Shown here piece after piece: positions 37,504 through 46,330 of a stretch of DNA of 64,000 nt. The number at the start of each line of letters is the position of its first letter. Position 1 is the stretch's first letter. The notes below the pieces were generated by a model. That model worked only from the letters and a program-made list of their open reading frames with translations, searched no databases and had not been told where the DNA came from. The stretch is taken from positions 21,160-85,159 of the forward strand of contig CAZUWJ010000001.1 in NCBI GenBank assembly GCA_964624315.1, read 5' to 3'. This DNA comes from an uncultured Gammaproteobacteria bacterium (GTDB lineage: Bacteria; Patescibacteriota; Patescibacteriia; Magasanikbacterales; GWA2-37-8). The translations under genes and the position numbers were made by a program.

Positions 37504-38694
37504 TTATTTAATAATTTTTGTTACAACACCAGCTCCTACTGTACGACCACCTTCGCGGATAGCAAAGTTCATATTTTCTTCCATAGCTACTGGTACAATT
37601 AATTTACACTTTAAATTTACTGTATCACCAGGCATAACCATTTCTGTGCCTTCAGGTAAAGTAACTTCACCAGTAACATCCGTAGTACGAATGTAAAACT
37701 GTGGTTTGTAGCCAGCAAAGAATGGTTTATGACGTCCACCTTCTTCTTTAGTCAAGATATAAACTTTGGTCTCAAATTCAGTATGAGGAGTAATCGTGCC
37801 AGGTTTAGCCAAAACCATACCACGTTCTACTTCATCTTTTTTTGTACCACGAAGAAGTATTCCTGCATTATCACCTGCTTGACCTTCTTTTAATTGCTTG
37901 TTAAACATTTCAATACCAGTAACAATTGTTTTTGAAGGCTCTTCTTTTAAACCTACCATTTCAACTTCGTCGTTGATATGTATAATACCACGATCAATAC
38001 GACCGGTTACCACTGTACCACGACCTTCAATTGAAAATACGTCTTCAATAGGCATTAAAAATTCTTTATCAGTAGCGCGTTCTGGTTCTGGAAAATATTC
38101 ATCCATTGTGTTTAATAATTCCATAATAGGCTTTGTAGCTTCTTCATCTTCTGGATTTTCTAAAGCTTTTAAAGCTGAACCACGAATAATAGGGGTTTTA
38201 TCTCCAGAAAATTTGTATTTTGTTAACAAATCTCTAATTTCTTCTTCAACTAAGTCAATAAGTTCTGGATCAGAAACTTGATCAACTTTATTCAAAAATA
38301 CTATAATATTAGGCACGCCTACTTGATAAGCAAGCAAGATGTGTTCACGAGTTTGAGGCATTGGACCGTCAGCAGCAGAAACTACTAAAACAGCACCGTC
38401 CATTTGGGCAGCACCAGTAATCATGTTTTTGACATAGTCAGCATGACCTGGGCAATCAACATGAGCATAATGACGTTTTTCTGTTTCATATTCTACATGA
38501 GCTGTAGAAATAGTAATACCACGCTCTTTTTCTTCTGGAGCGGAATCGATCTCATCTACATTTTTAGTTTGAGCGATCAAACCTTTTGCAGCAGCTACCT
38601 TTAAAATAGCAGCCGTAAGAGTAGTCTTACCATGGTCAACGTGGCCGATAGTACCAACGTTAACATGTGGCTTATTACGTAAAAACTCAGCCAT
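37504..38694 (-). CDS. tuf: elongation factor Tu
   Basis: [27 protein letters not shown] and NKVD G-domain motifs. 396 aa. Confidence 0.95.
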   Translation of the reverse strand: MAEFLRNKPHVNVGTIGHVDHGKTTLTAAILKVAAAKGLIAQTKNVDEIDSAPEEKERGITISTAHVEYETEKRHYAHVDCPGHADYVKNMITGAAQMDGAVLVVSAADGPMPQTREHILLAYQVGVPNIIVFLNKVDQVSDPELIDLVEEEIRDLLTKYKFSGDKTPIIRGSALKALENPEDEEATKPIMELLNTMDEYFPEPERATDKEFLMPIEDVFSIEGRGTVVTGRIDRGIIHINDEVEMVGLKEEPSKTIVTGIEMFNKQLKEGQAGDNAGILLRGTKKDEVERGMVLAKPGTITPHTEFETKVYILTKEEGGRHKPFFAGYKPQFYIRTTDVTGEVTLPEGTEMVMPGDTVNLKCKLIVPVAMEENMNFAIREGGRTVGAGVVTKIIK

Positions 38695-38802
38695 ACGAAC
38701 TTAGGTTATTGGCGGCTCTACTCTTGAGTGGTCAAGGCAGATTTGTAATCCAGCCGCTTTCATTTTATATATTAAAAGCACTTCAATTAAGAAGCGCTGT
38801 AT

Positions 38803-38831
38803 ATTATACAAAAAAAACTTAGATAAGTCAA
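38803..38831 (-). promoter_or_regulatory. sigma70-like promoter of tuf
   Basis: Minus strand TTGACT, 17-bp spacer, TATAAT, about 110 nt upstream of the tuf ATG. Confidence 0.45.
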
Positions 38832-38894
38832 TAGGCAAATATGGGGATAAAGTGTGCTTAAAAAGCCAACAAAACCTTTTGTTAAAAATCCTAT

Positions 38895-39431
38895 TTATTC
38901 AAGTGGCTCAATATAAAATTTATCCTCCTCAACATCGTCTTCTGGCAAGTCATCCAAAGGCTCTTCATCTATGATATTATCTACCAATGGCAAACTCTCG
39001 TCTCTTATTTCAGTTAATTCTTCTATTTTGATTTCTTCACTTTTTTCGCTATTTTTAGGCAAATTTTCCATATCAGCTACTGGTAAAATACCATCTTTAA
39101 TCTCTTCTGGCTCTACTTCTTTATTATGATCTTCAAAATCTTTACCATAATCATTGTGAATACCGTTGGCTTGTTTCCAGCGAGTAATATCATCGTCTAT
39201 CTTTTCAAATAATTCTTCTTCACTCAATCCTGTTAATGGATCTGTGCCTTCGTCCTCATCATCCTCATCATCAAAGTCAGGTTCAAAATCATAGGCATCG
39301 TCATGCATTAATTCATAATCTTCTAAATCTAAAATTGCAAAAGCCCGATCTGTTTCTTTATCTAAGACAATAAATTTATCTCCAGTTTTATCAACTAGTT
39401 TTAAGATTCTATTTAGTTGTTCATTTTTCAT
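38895..39431 (-). CDS. highly acidic hypothetical protein (D/E-rich; possible DNA-mimic)
   Basis: 178 aa with runs DFDDEDDEDEGTD, EEPLDDLPEDDVEED. No catalytic motifs. Immediately downstream of the helicase gene on the same strand. Confidence 0.3.
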   Translation of the reverse strand: MKNEQLNRILKLVDKTGDKFIVLDKETDRAFAILDLEDYELMHDDAYDFEPDFDDEDDEDEGTDPLTGLSEEELFEKIDDDITRWKQANGIHNDYGKDFEDHNKEVEPEEIKDGILPVADMENLPKNSEKSEEIKIEELTEIRDESLPLVDNIIDEEPLDDLPEDDVEEDKFYIEPLE

Positions 39432-39550
39432 ATTTTATTTTTTAAGCAATTAAATTATAGCAGTATAAGGTTTTAAGTGTCAAGAAAAAAGAAACTGACG
39501 ACGTACGTACGAACGTACGTACGACGGAAGCACGAAATCTTCCTATTTTT

Positions 39551-41272
39551 TTATTTTTTATTTATAAACAACAAACTCAACTTTATATCTTCGTAAGAAA
39601 CTTTTTCTTTTAAATATTTAAAGACTGATCGCAGTTTTATATTTCCACTTTCCAACAAATCAATCTTTCTATTTTTTATTTTAATATCCTTGACTGCTTT
39701 TTTAACTTTTTTAAAAATCTCTGCTTTTGGTTTAAAATATTCAATATCCAAATCAGGCGAAGACAGAACAATCTTTTGAATATGTTTTAAAATTGTATCT
39801 CTGGAACATCCCCTCTCTTTGACAATCTCCTCAATAGATTTCTTTTTTTCTAATAATTCTTTTGTCTCCTGCAGAGTCCCTACTTTCTTTTTTACTTTCT
39901 TTTTTTTCTTGAGCTTTACTGCGTTTCTTTTTATATCATCTTTTTTAAGTGTTCCATCATTTTTTAGAATAAACCCTTCAAACATTTTCGTCTTTTCCGA
40001 ATCACTAAACGAACCAAACTTTAAAACATTTAGATCTGAAGATTTTTTGATATGTTTATCAACTGCTGAAACTAAATTATCAACAGTCAAAGCTATATCG
40101 TTTAAACCCATCAAACGTAAACCAGAAATAGATTTTATCCTACTCAAAGCCACATAACCCTGCCCTGTTTCAAAAGTTTTTGACAAATCAATCTCGGCAG
40201 CGTCAAGCGTCATTCCCTGCGACTTATGCACTGTTAAGGCCCAAGCTAAGCGCAAAGGAACCTGTCTGATCTGAGCCACAATTGTACCTTTAGTATTTTC
40301 AAATTCCCAACTTTCTTTTTCGGCTGAGATTGTTTGACCTGAAAAAATCTTTACAACTGGAGCGCCAGTTATGCTATTAAAATCTATTATCTTGCCAAGA
40401 GTTCCATTTACATATCCTTTTTCATAATTATTTTTTATAAAAATAACTACTGCCCCTAATTTTAATTTTAATTCTTCTCTCACCAAAGAAGATTTAAATA
40501 TTTTCTCAACATTTTTCTTGGTGCCAGTATTGTCTGAAATAAATACTCTAGTTGGAGAACTAATCTTATTTAACTCTTCTTCATTTATTCTATCCACGTC
40601 TATGTTGTGAGTATATAGTTTTGTTATTTCAAAATCAGTTGGTAATTCTTTTCCCCGACACTCCTTGAATATTTCCATTGATTTAGCCGAAACTTTACCA
40701 GACCTGATTTCATCCAAAATATTTATCAACACTTCATCACTTTGCCTAAATTTTTCTTGCAAATAACAACTTCTAAAATCAACTTGTTTCCAAGATTCTG
40801 TTTGCCAAGCAAATTTTATTTCTCGTTTAGCTTTTGAAACTGGAGGAAGTTGAAAAAAATCTCCTGAAACTATGAGTTGTACCCCACCAAAAGGTTTGTC
40901 TACTTGTTTAAAACCTCGCAAGGCTCTATCCATAGTTGAAAAAATATCAGGCGAAACCATAGACACCTCATCTACTATCAAAACTTTTACTTTACTCAAA
41001 CGTTTATATAAAAATTCTTTTTGCAACAAACTGTCTATCATATACTCGTCGTAATAGTCTCTGATGCCAATGCCAAAAAAAGAATGGATAGTCATTCCTC
41101 CGATGTGAGAAGCGGCGATACCAGTTGGGGCAACAATAGAGGGTTTTATCCCCCTTTCTTTCAAATAGTCTATATACATATTTAAAAGATGCGTTTTACC
41201 TGTCCCGGCTGATCCGGTCAAAAAAACATTTCTCCCTGATTTTAATATTCCAAAAGCTATTTCTTGGTTCAT
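39551..41272 (-). CDS. PIF1/RecD-family (AAA_30) ATP-dependent DNA helicase with C-terminal HTH-like tail
   Basis: Walker A LTGSAGTGKTHLL, Walker B VLIVDEVSMV, GGVQLIVSGDFFQLPPV motif and a basic KKKKKVKKK linker. Confidence 0.6.
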   Translation of the reverse strand: MNQEIAFGILKSGRNVFLTGSAGTGKTHLLNMYIDYLKERGIKPSIVAPTGIAASHIGGMTIHSFFGIGIRDYYDEYMIDSLLQKEFLYKRLSKVKVLIVDEVSMVSPDIFSTMDRALRGFKQVDKPFGGVQLIVSGDFFQLPPVSKAKREIKFAWQTESWKQVDFRSCYLQEKFRQSDEVLINILDEIRSGKVSAKSMEIFKECRGKELPTDFEITKLYTHNIDVDRINEEELNKISSPTRVFISDNTGTKKNVEKIFKSSLVREELKLKLGAVVIFIKNNYEKGYVNGTLGKIIDFNSITGAPVVKIFSGQTISAEKESWEFENTKGTIVAQIRQVPLRLAWALTVHKSQGMTLDAAEIDLSKTFETGQGYVALSRIKSISGLRLMGLNDIALTVDNLVSAVDKHIKKSSDLNVLKFGSFSDSEKTKMFEGFILKNDGTLKKDDIKRNAVKLKKKKKVKKKVGTLQETKELLEKKKSIEEIVKERGCSRDTILKHIQKIVLSSPDLDIEYFKPKAEIFKKVKKAVKDIKIKNRKIDLLESGNIKLRSVFKYLKEKVSYEDIKLSLLFINKK

Positions 41273-41417
41273 TTGAGTTTGCTTTATTTACAAAATAGAA
41301 ACCTATTATACCCCGCCTCTCTGCCCACTGCAACTCCACCCAAGAATACGACACCAAAAACTCGGCGAACAAGTAAAAAATCGCCGAGGTGGCGATTTTT
41401 TGATTTTTTATATATCC

Positions 41418-41591
41418 TTACTTCTTCCAATCACTAACATTAAAACTTTTACCTTTTTTCTTAATCACTACCTTTTGTTTTTCACGCCATCCAAATTCTC
41501 TCATTATCTCAATTGGGATAGTTATACAATAACTATCTCCACTTTTTGTTATTTTTCGGATAAGCTTGTCCTCTAATTTTCTTCTAGACAT
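41418..41591 (-). CDS. small AbrB/MazE/SpoVT-like DNA-binding protein (57 aa; absent from the ORF track because <60 aa)
   Basis: MSRRKLEDKLIRKITKSGDSYCITIPIEIMREFGWREKQKVVIKKKGKSFNVSDWKK. Paralog of 189..374 (shared IPIE ... GW ... QKVVIKK). Confidence 0.4.
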   Translation of the reverse strand: MSRRKLEDKLIRKITKSGDSYCITIPIEIMREFGWREKQKVVIKKKGKSFNVSDWKK

Positions 41592-41707
41592 ATATTTTTT
41601 TATTTAAAAAGAAATCATGATTTAAATACTGATTTAAATCAGTATTTCTATTATATCACAAAACTACAGTGTTAAGGTAGTTTTGGGGTGTGTGATTATT
41701 TTTTGTT

Positions 41708-42655
41708 TTAATGTCTATTAATTTTAGAGATGTGTTTTCTGAATGCTTTATCCATTCTTACTGCACTATCAATTAAAAATTCATTCATTTTTCCCCAATC
41801 ATCTTTATTAGACACATCAACTCCATCTAGCTGATTTTTAATTCTAGAAGTTACATTATCCTCCATCCTTTCCCAAATTAATTCATTTCCGAAATCAGTT
41901 TCTATCTTCTCTTTTTGTGTAAAGAAATAATCAAATATTTTTTTATTTTCTTCTTGAGTACCTCTATTAATATAAATTTCTGCTCTAGCATATTTTTTAG
42001 ATATAACAATATTTACACTTACCCCACCCATACCAATTGCTATCGGAAGCCAATTTTCTGTTCCCGGGTTAACATTACTACACATTGAATTTGTTTTATT
42101 TATTTCGTTGATAAATTGTGTCCAAAATTCTTTTCTTATAATATGTCTTTGTGCGTATTCCTTCTTTTCAGCTCCAATTTGTTTAATTTTTACACTTGGC
42201 CTTTTAACAACAGTAAAAAGAGGGCCTGCTATTGGTTCATTTCCAATTTTTATCGCCTCTAGCTGTATTAAATAAAATGAAATATCATCAGGAGTAGTTT
42301 CGTTTAACCAATCAATCGCCTTCTTATGTTCCTCTACGGGATGGCTTGAAATCCAAATAGCAGTTTTTGCTTCAAGATTTGTTAAATACGTAATTATTTG
42401 TCCAAGATGCGTATGGTCTGTTTTCTCTAATTGATTTTCAATGATTACTTTATTTCCGTAGTTATCTTCTCCATACAAATCAACACGAAAAGGTCCCACA
42501 TTTTCTTCTCGTGATTCAATACTTATATCAAAACCTATAACATCATTGAGATAATCTATATTTTCTTCAAGCCATCTAGTAAAATCTTTATCTTCTTTTT
42601 TCCAAAGTTCTCGTAATGGTACTTTTTTTATTTTTCCAATTAAATTATTTTGCAT
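41708..42655 (-). CDS. DUF4268-like protein with N-terminal nuclease-like E-x-Q ... D-H-x-H-x-GQ motif
   Basis: 315 aa. FRVDLYGEDNYGNKVIIENQLEKTDHTHLGQIITYL resembles the ExQ/HLGQ motif of PD-(D/E)xK-related DUF4268 proteins. Confidence 0.35.
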   Translation of the reverse strand: MQNNLIGKIKKVPLRELWKKEDKDFTRWLEENIDYLNDVIGFDISIESREENVGPFRVDLYGEDNYGNKVIIENQLEKTDHTHLGQIITYLTNLEAKTAIWISSHPVEEHKKAIDWLNETTPDDISFYLIQLEAIKIGNEPIAGPLFTVVKRPSVKIKQIGAEKKEYAQRHIIRKEFWTQFINEINKTNSMCSNVNPGTENWLPIAIGMGGVSVNIVISKKYARAEIYINRGTQEENKKIFDYFFTQKEKIETDFGNELIWERMEDNVTSRIKNQLDGVDVSNKDDWGKMNEFLIDSAVRMDKAFRKHISKINRH

Positions 42656-42660
42656 AGTTT

Positions 42661-42768
42661 TTAGATTATATAATATAAATATTTTTTAGTTAATCTTAGT
42701 GGAATTATTTGTCCACCATATTCACCAAAATAACCTCCGGCATTTGGTTTATTATTTACTTTGTTCAT
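42661..42768 (-). pseudogene. possible relic of trpB N-terminus (35-codon ORF)
   Basis: Encodes MNKVNNKPNAGGYFGEYGGQIIP ..., which resembles the TrpB N-terminal motif YFGEFGGQYVPE. No continuation. Confidence 0.2.
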
Positions 42769-43082
42769 ATATTTTATGTTTATTTTAAATTTAAATACAA
42801 TAACACTCACAAATTACTCCGCCAACTAAAGGTTGCTTTGTTGTAATATAAATATCTCATAAATTTCAATAATAAAAACTGCCCAACATACGAAGATGAT
42901 GAGCAGTTTTTAAAAAATTACAAAACCCTACTCAGCACCGTGAGTAGCCCAACAACTGTTATTTTGTAAATTATGTAATTCCATGTATTTATTTTAGCAT
43001 AGAAAATGAAATTTGACAATAGTTTTTATTTAAAAAAAATACGAGATTAAATCCCGTATTTACATATCCTTAAAAGGGCAGT

Positions 43083-43583
43083 TTAGAGAGCTCGGTAAAC
43101 GATTTTTTCAGCGAACTCGCCATAGTCTATGCCAAGCTTAAGTACAATACGCTTGCAAAAAGCCTCCCAAACCTCATCATCCAAACCTTTTGGGCGGAGG
43201 TCGTCATATCCATCAGTCGGTTGAAATGCTTCTACCAAGGTAGCCTTGGCATACAGTTCATTTGCATCAAAACCATGGACCTCCACAAGATCGCGGAGTA
43301 TCTGTAGACTAGCCGTGGTAGAGTCTCCGTCTATATCACGGGGAATAGTCATCATGGAATCCATGACAATTACTTCAAGGTCGTTGAAATTCTTAATAAT
43401 AGATTCAATAACACCGTGATAGTCCCCCATAAAACCGATGTAACTATCCTTGTTATCGAACATATCACCCCAGCTTAACACATGGTCAGCCGGAATCTTG
43501 CCTTTGTCTTTTAACCTCTTTGCGATCTCGTTGGCCAAAAGCTCGGGAAATGGTCGTGAAGTATCCACTATCAAAATTTTCAT
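43083..43583 (-). CDS. hypothetical protein, GC-atypical orphan
   Basis: 166-aa ORF at roughly 46% GC versus about 30% in its flanks. Strong AGGAGCAGGAGAGAG SD. No recognisable motif. Confidence 0.35.
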   Translation of the reverse strand: MKILIVDTSRPFPELLANEIAKRLKDKGKIPADHVLSWGDMFDNKDSYIGFMGDYHGVIESIIKNFNDLEVIVMDSMMTIPRDIDGDSTTASLQILRDLVEVHGFDANELYAKATLVEAFQPTDGYDDLRPKGLDDEVWEAFCKRIVLKLGIDYGEFAEKIVYRAL

Positions 43584-43792
43584 GGTCTCTCTCCTGCTCC
43601 TAGGTTGGATAGGTTGGGTCTGAATAAAAGCTTTGTTTAATTATTTTTAACATAAATTGTAAATAAAGTCAATATTAATAAGAGGGGTTTTAAATAACCA
43701 AATCAAAAAACCTGCCATTACAGCAGGTTTTTTGATTTAAAGTATTTTTTCATCGTTCGCCATAGCTTTAAAGCGAAGGCGAATTTTCCATA

Positions 43793-45175
43793 CTACTTCT
43801 CTTCCCCAACACTAGACTCTTCGTCAGTGTGGGACTTCGCTTCGCTCGCTTTTACTTCAGCCTCTGGTTCTTCTACTTTAGTTTCCTCTTTTTTCTTTTT
43901 TTTCTTTTCTTTCTTCTCTTTTTTTACTTCAGCCTTTGGCTTTTCTTCCCCGACACTAGACTCTTCGCCAACTGGCAAATCGTCAGTGTGAGACTTCGCT
44001 TCGCTCACTTTTTCAACTTTCTTTTCTTTTACTTCCTTTTCTTCCTTGTCCGCAGTAACTTTAGCGGAGGTGGATTTGCCTTTTACTCCTGCCAAACGAA
44101 GACCTAATCTGTGTTCAGCTGGCTCCATTGAAACTATTTCAAAATCTAGTTCTTGTCCAATTGTGAATTCTTTATTAATATCACCCATCGGTTTATTTGA
44201 TAGTTCACTAACATGAGCTAAGCCATGGATATCACTGTCTAGCGCTACCATCAAACCAAAACCTTCAACTTTCAAAATCTTTCCTTTTACCACACTACCT
44301 ACTTTATATTTTTCTTTTACACCTTTCCAAGGATCTTCAACATTTCTTTTGATAGATAGATAAATTTTTGATTTATCAAGTTGAATAATTTGAGCTTTTA
44401 CTTTATCGCCTACTTTCAAAATATCTCTTGGGTGATCAATTCTTTGCCAAGCGATTTCTGAAATATGGACCAAACCTTCTAAACCTTCGCCGAAACGAAT
44501 AAAGGCACCAAATGAAGTTAGAGCATTTACTTCGCCCTCTACAACATCGCCTACTTTATAAGATTCTAACACAGCTTTTTGAGAATCTTCCCAAACAGCT
44601 CTCTCAGATACTATTAATTTTTCATCATTTTCATCAGCATCAATCACTTTTACTTCTACTTCTCCACCTATTAAACTTTGTAATTTTTCTAAAATTCTAT
44701 TTTTATCTCCACCTGAAACACGAGGATAGTTTTCTGGACTTAATTGAGAAACAGGCATAAAACCTGACAAAGCATCAACTTTCATCATTAAACCACCTTT
44801 ATTAGCTGCTAAAATCTTAGCTTTAACAGTCAAACCGTCTTTCATTAATTTTTTAACAGCGTCCCAAGCACGCTTAAACCCAGCAATACGGAAAGAAAGT
44901 TCCATCTCACCATTTTCATTTTCTGATTCTATTACTGTGGCTTCAGCTTCAGTACCTACTTTCAAATCTGTATATTCACTTGATTCAGCAAATAACTCTG
45001 GTCCACGAACAACACCAACAGTCATACCTTCAATATCAAGATGAATTTGACCTTTTTCAACACTAATAATATTACCTTTAACAACATCACCAACTTTTGG
45101 TAATTGGTTAAAAAAGTCTTTTAGCAGATCTTTAAAATCCTCTGCTTTTTTGTCTAATATTTTGTCTTCAGACAT
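43793..45175 (-). CDS. rpsA: 30S ribosomal protein S1 (four S1 domains) with K/E-rich repetitive C-terminal tail
   Basis: Repeated S1/OB motifs (GDVVKG ... , GDVVEGEV ... , GSVVKGKI ...). The tail contains two copies of the SEAKSHTD(D)(LPVG)EESSVGEEK repeat. Confidence 0.85.
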   Translation of the reverse strand: MSEDKILDKKAEDFKDLLKDFFNQLPKVGDVVKGNIISVEKGQIHLDIEGMTVGVVRGPELFAESSEYTDLKVGTEAEATVIESENENGEMELSFRIAGFKRAWDAVKKLMKDGLTVKAKILAANKGGLMMKVDALSGFMPVSQLSPENYPRVSGGDKNRILEKLQSLIGGEVEVKVIDADENDEKLIVSERAVWEDSQKAVLESYKVGDVVEGEVNALTSFGAFIRFGEGLEGLVHISEIAWQRIDHPRDILKVGDKVKAQIIQLDKSKIYLSIKRNVEDPWKGVKEKYKVGSVVKGKILKVEGFGLMVALDSDIHGLAHVSELSNKPMGDINKEFTIGQELDFEIVSMEPAEHRLGLRLAGVKGKSTSAKVTADKEEKEVKEKKVEKVSEAKSHTDDLPVGEESSVGEEKPKAEVKKEKKEKKKKKKEETKVEEPEAEVKASEAKSHTDEESSVGEEK

Positions 45176-45261
45176 AAAAAAAATACCTATTTAGCCCCTC
45201 CTAAGATTAATTAGGAAAGAGTGTTCCTCTCTAAGTTGGAGAAACTTTGATTATAAATTTT

Positions 45262-45292
45262 AAGTACCTAGAGTATACCAGATTTTTAAAAG
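45262..45292 (-). promoter_or_regulatory. consensus-like promoter of rpsA
   Basis: Minus strand TTGACA, 17-bp spacer, TATACT, about 90 nt upstream of the rpsA ATG with an AGGAGG SD. Confidence 0.5.
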
Positions 45293-45705
45293 AATGTCAA
45301 TAAAAAGAAAAACCGCTAGCCAACGGACTTTCTAAAGATAATGAAGGTTACTGGGCCTTTTTACTTTTCAAGGCAACCTACACGTTGGCTAGCGACTTTA
45401 TACTAAAGAATATATCTAAGACACGTCATAGGACGCACCTCCTTTATATCTAAAGAATTGTTAAGAAACGATCCAACCGGCTATTTTGCGGTTGGGACAA
45501 AGAAAGGAGCCTCCTTTCTCCTTCATACAGAAGGACCAAACTGGTCCAACAAAAATATCACAAATCAACAAAATTGTCAACTTACACCCCTTTTTAAAAC
45601 CCAGCCACATCTTGCCTAACTCGGAATAATATGATAAAATATATGCGTTGTTAAAAACATAAACAATCTAAAGGAGTGTTTATTGTTATTTACTAATTAA
45701 AAAAT

Positions 45706-46320
45706 ATGCATATATCATGGCTCGGGCAAACTTGCATTAAGCTACAAACAAAAAAATTAAATGACGATGTTGTTGTATTGATAGACCCCTACAAACCAGA
45801 AAAAGGGACATTTCCTAGAAATTTAGCCCCTCAAATAGCAGTGTTATCCAAGGGGCGAAAAAACACTATTACCCTAAGTCAAGATTCATTTATCATTGAT
45901 TCACTGGGAGAAATAGAAGTAAAAAATGTGATGATTTATTCTTACCCGGCAGAAAAACAATCAGTCTTTAAAATCAATGCTGAAGGACTAAACATTGTTC
46001 ACTTGTCTGATATTAATAAAAAACCACCTCAATCCACTATGGATAAAATCGCTGATCCTGATATTTTAATAATTCCTGTGGGAGATAATGAAAAATATTT
46101 AAATACCAAAGAAGCTAACGCCATTATCGGCGAATTAGAACCAAAAATTATAATACCAATGGCTTACAAATGTGATAGTGACCCAACTGCCAAAGGTTTA
46201 GAAGATTTTATAAAAGAAATCGGATTAGCTCCAAAAACTACTGATAAAAAAGTAATCATAAAGCAAAAAGATTTACCTCAAGATAGAATGGAACTAATCG
46301 TTTTAGAAAAAAGCGTTTAA
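45706..46320 (+). CDS. metallo-beta-lactamase-fold metal-dependent hydrolase (UPF0173-like)
   Basis: MHISWLGQTCIKLQ ... VVVLIDPY ... typical start of MBL-fold UPF0173 proteins. Confidence 0.5.
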   Translation: MHISWLGQTCIKLQTKKLNDDVVVLIDPYKPEKGTFPRNLAPQIAVLSKGRKNTITLSQDSFIIDSLGEIEVKNVMIYSYPAEKQSVFKINAEGLNIVHLSDINKKPPQSTMDKIADPDILIIPVGDNEKYLNTKEANAIIGELEPKIIIPMAYKCDSDPTAKGLEDFIKEIGLAPKTTDKKVIIKQKDLPQDRMELIVLEKSV

Positions 46321-46330
46321 AATATAAACT

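Noticed and set aside
38700-38765. tRNA gene upstream of tuf
   Set aside because: Only about 48 nt with two short hairpins, loops of 3-4 nt and no anticodon loop. It does not fit a cloverleaf. Treated as a leader structure.
45300-45560. RNase P RNA or tmRNA in the rpsA-upstream spacer
   Set aside because: The reverse complement contains GAAAGTCCG, but the adjoining GGGCU and the 3' ACAGAAUCCGGCUUA-type P4 partner are absent. There is no tRNA-like acceptor/T-arm pair for tmRNA. Left as an unassigned structured region.
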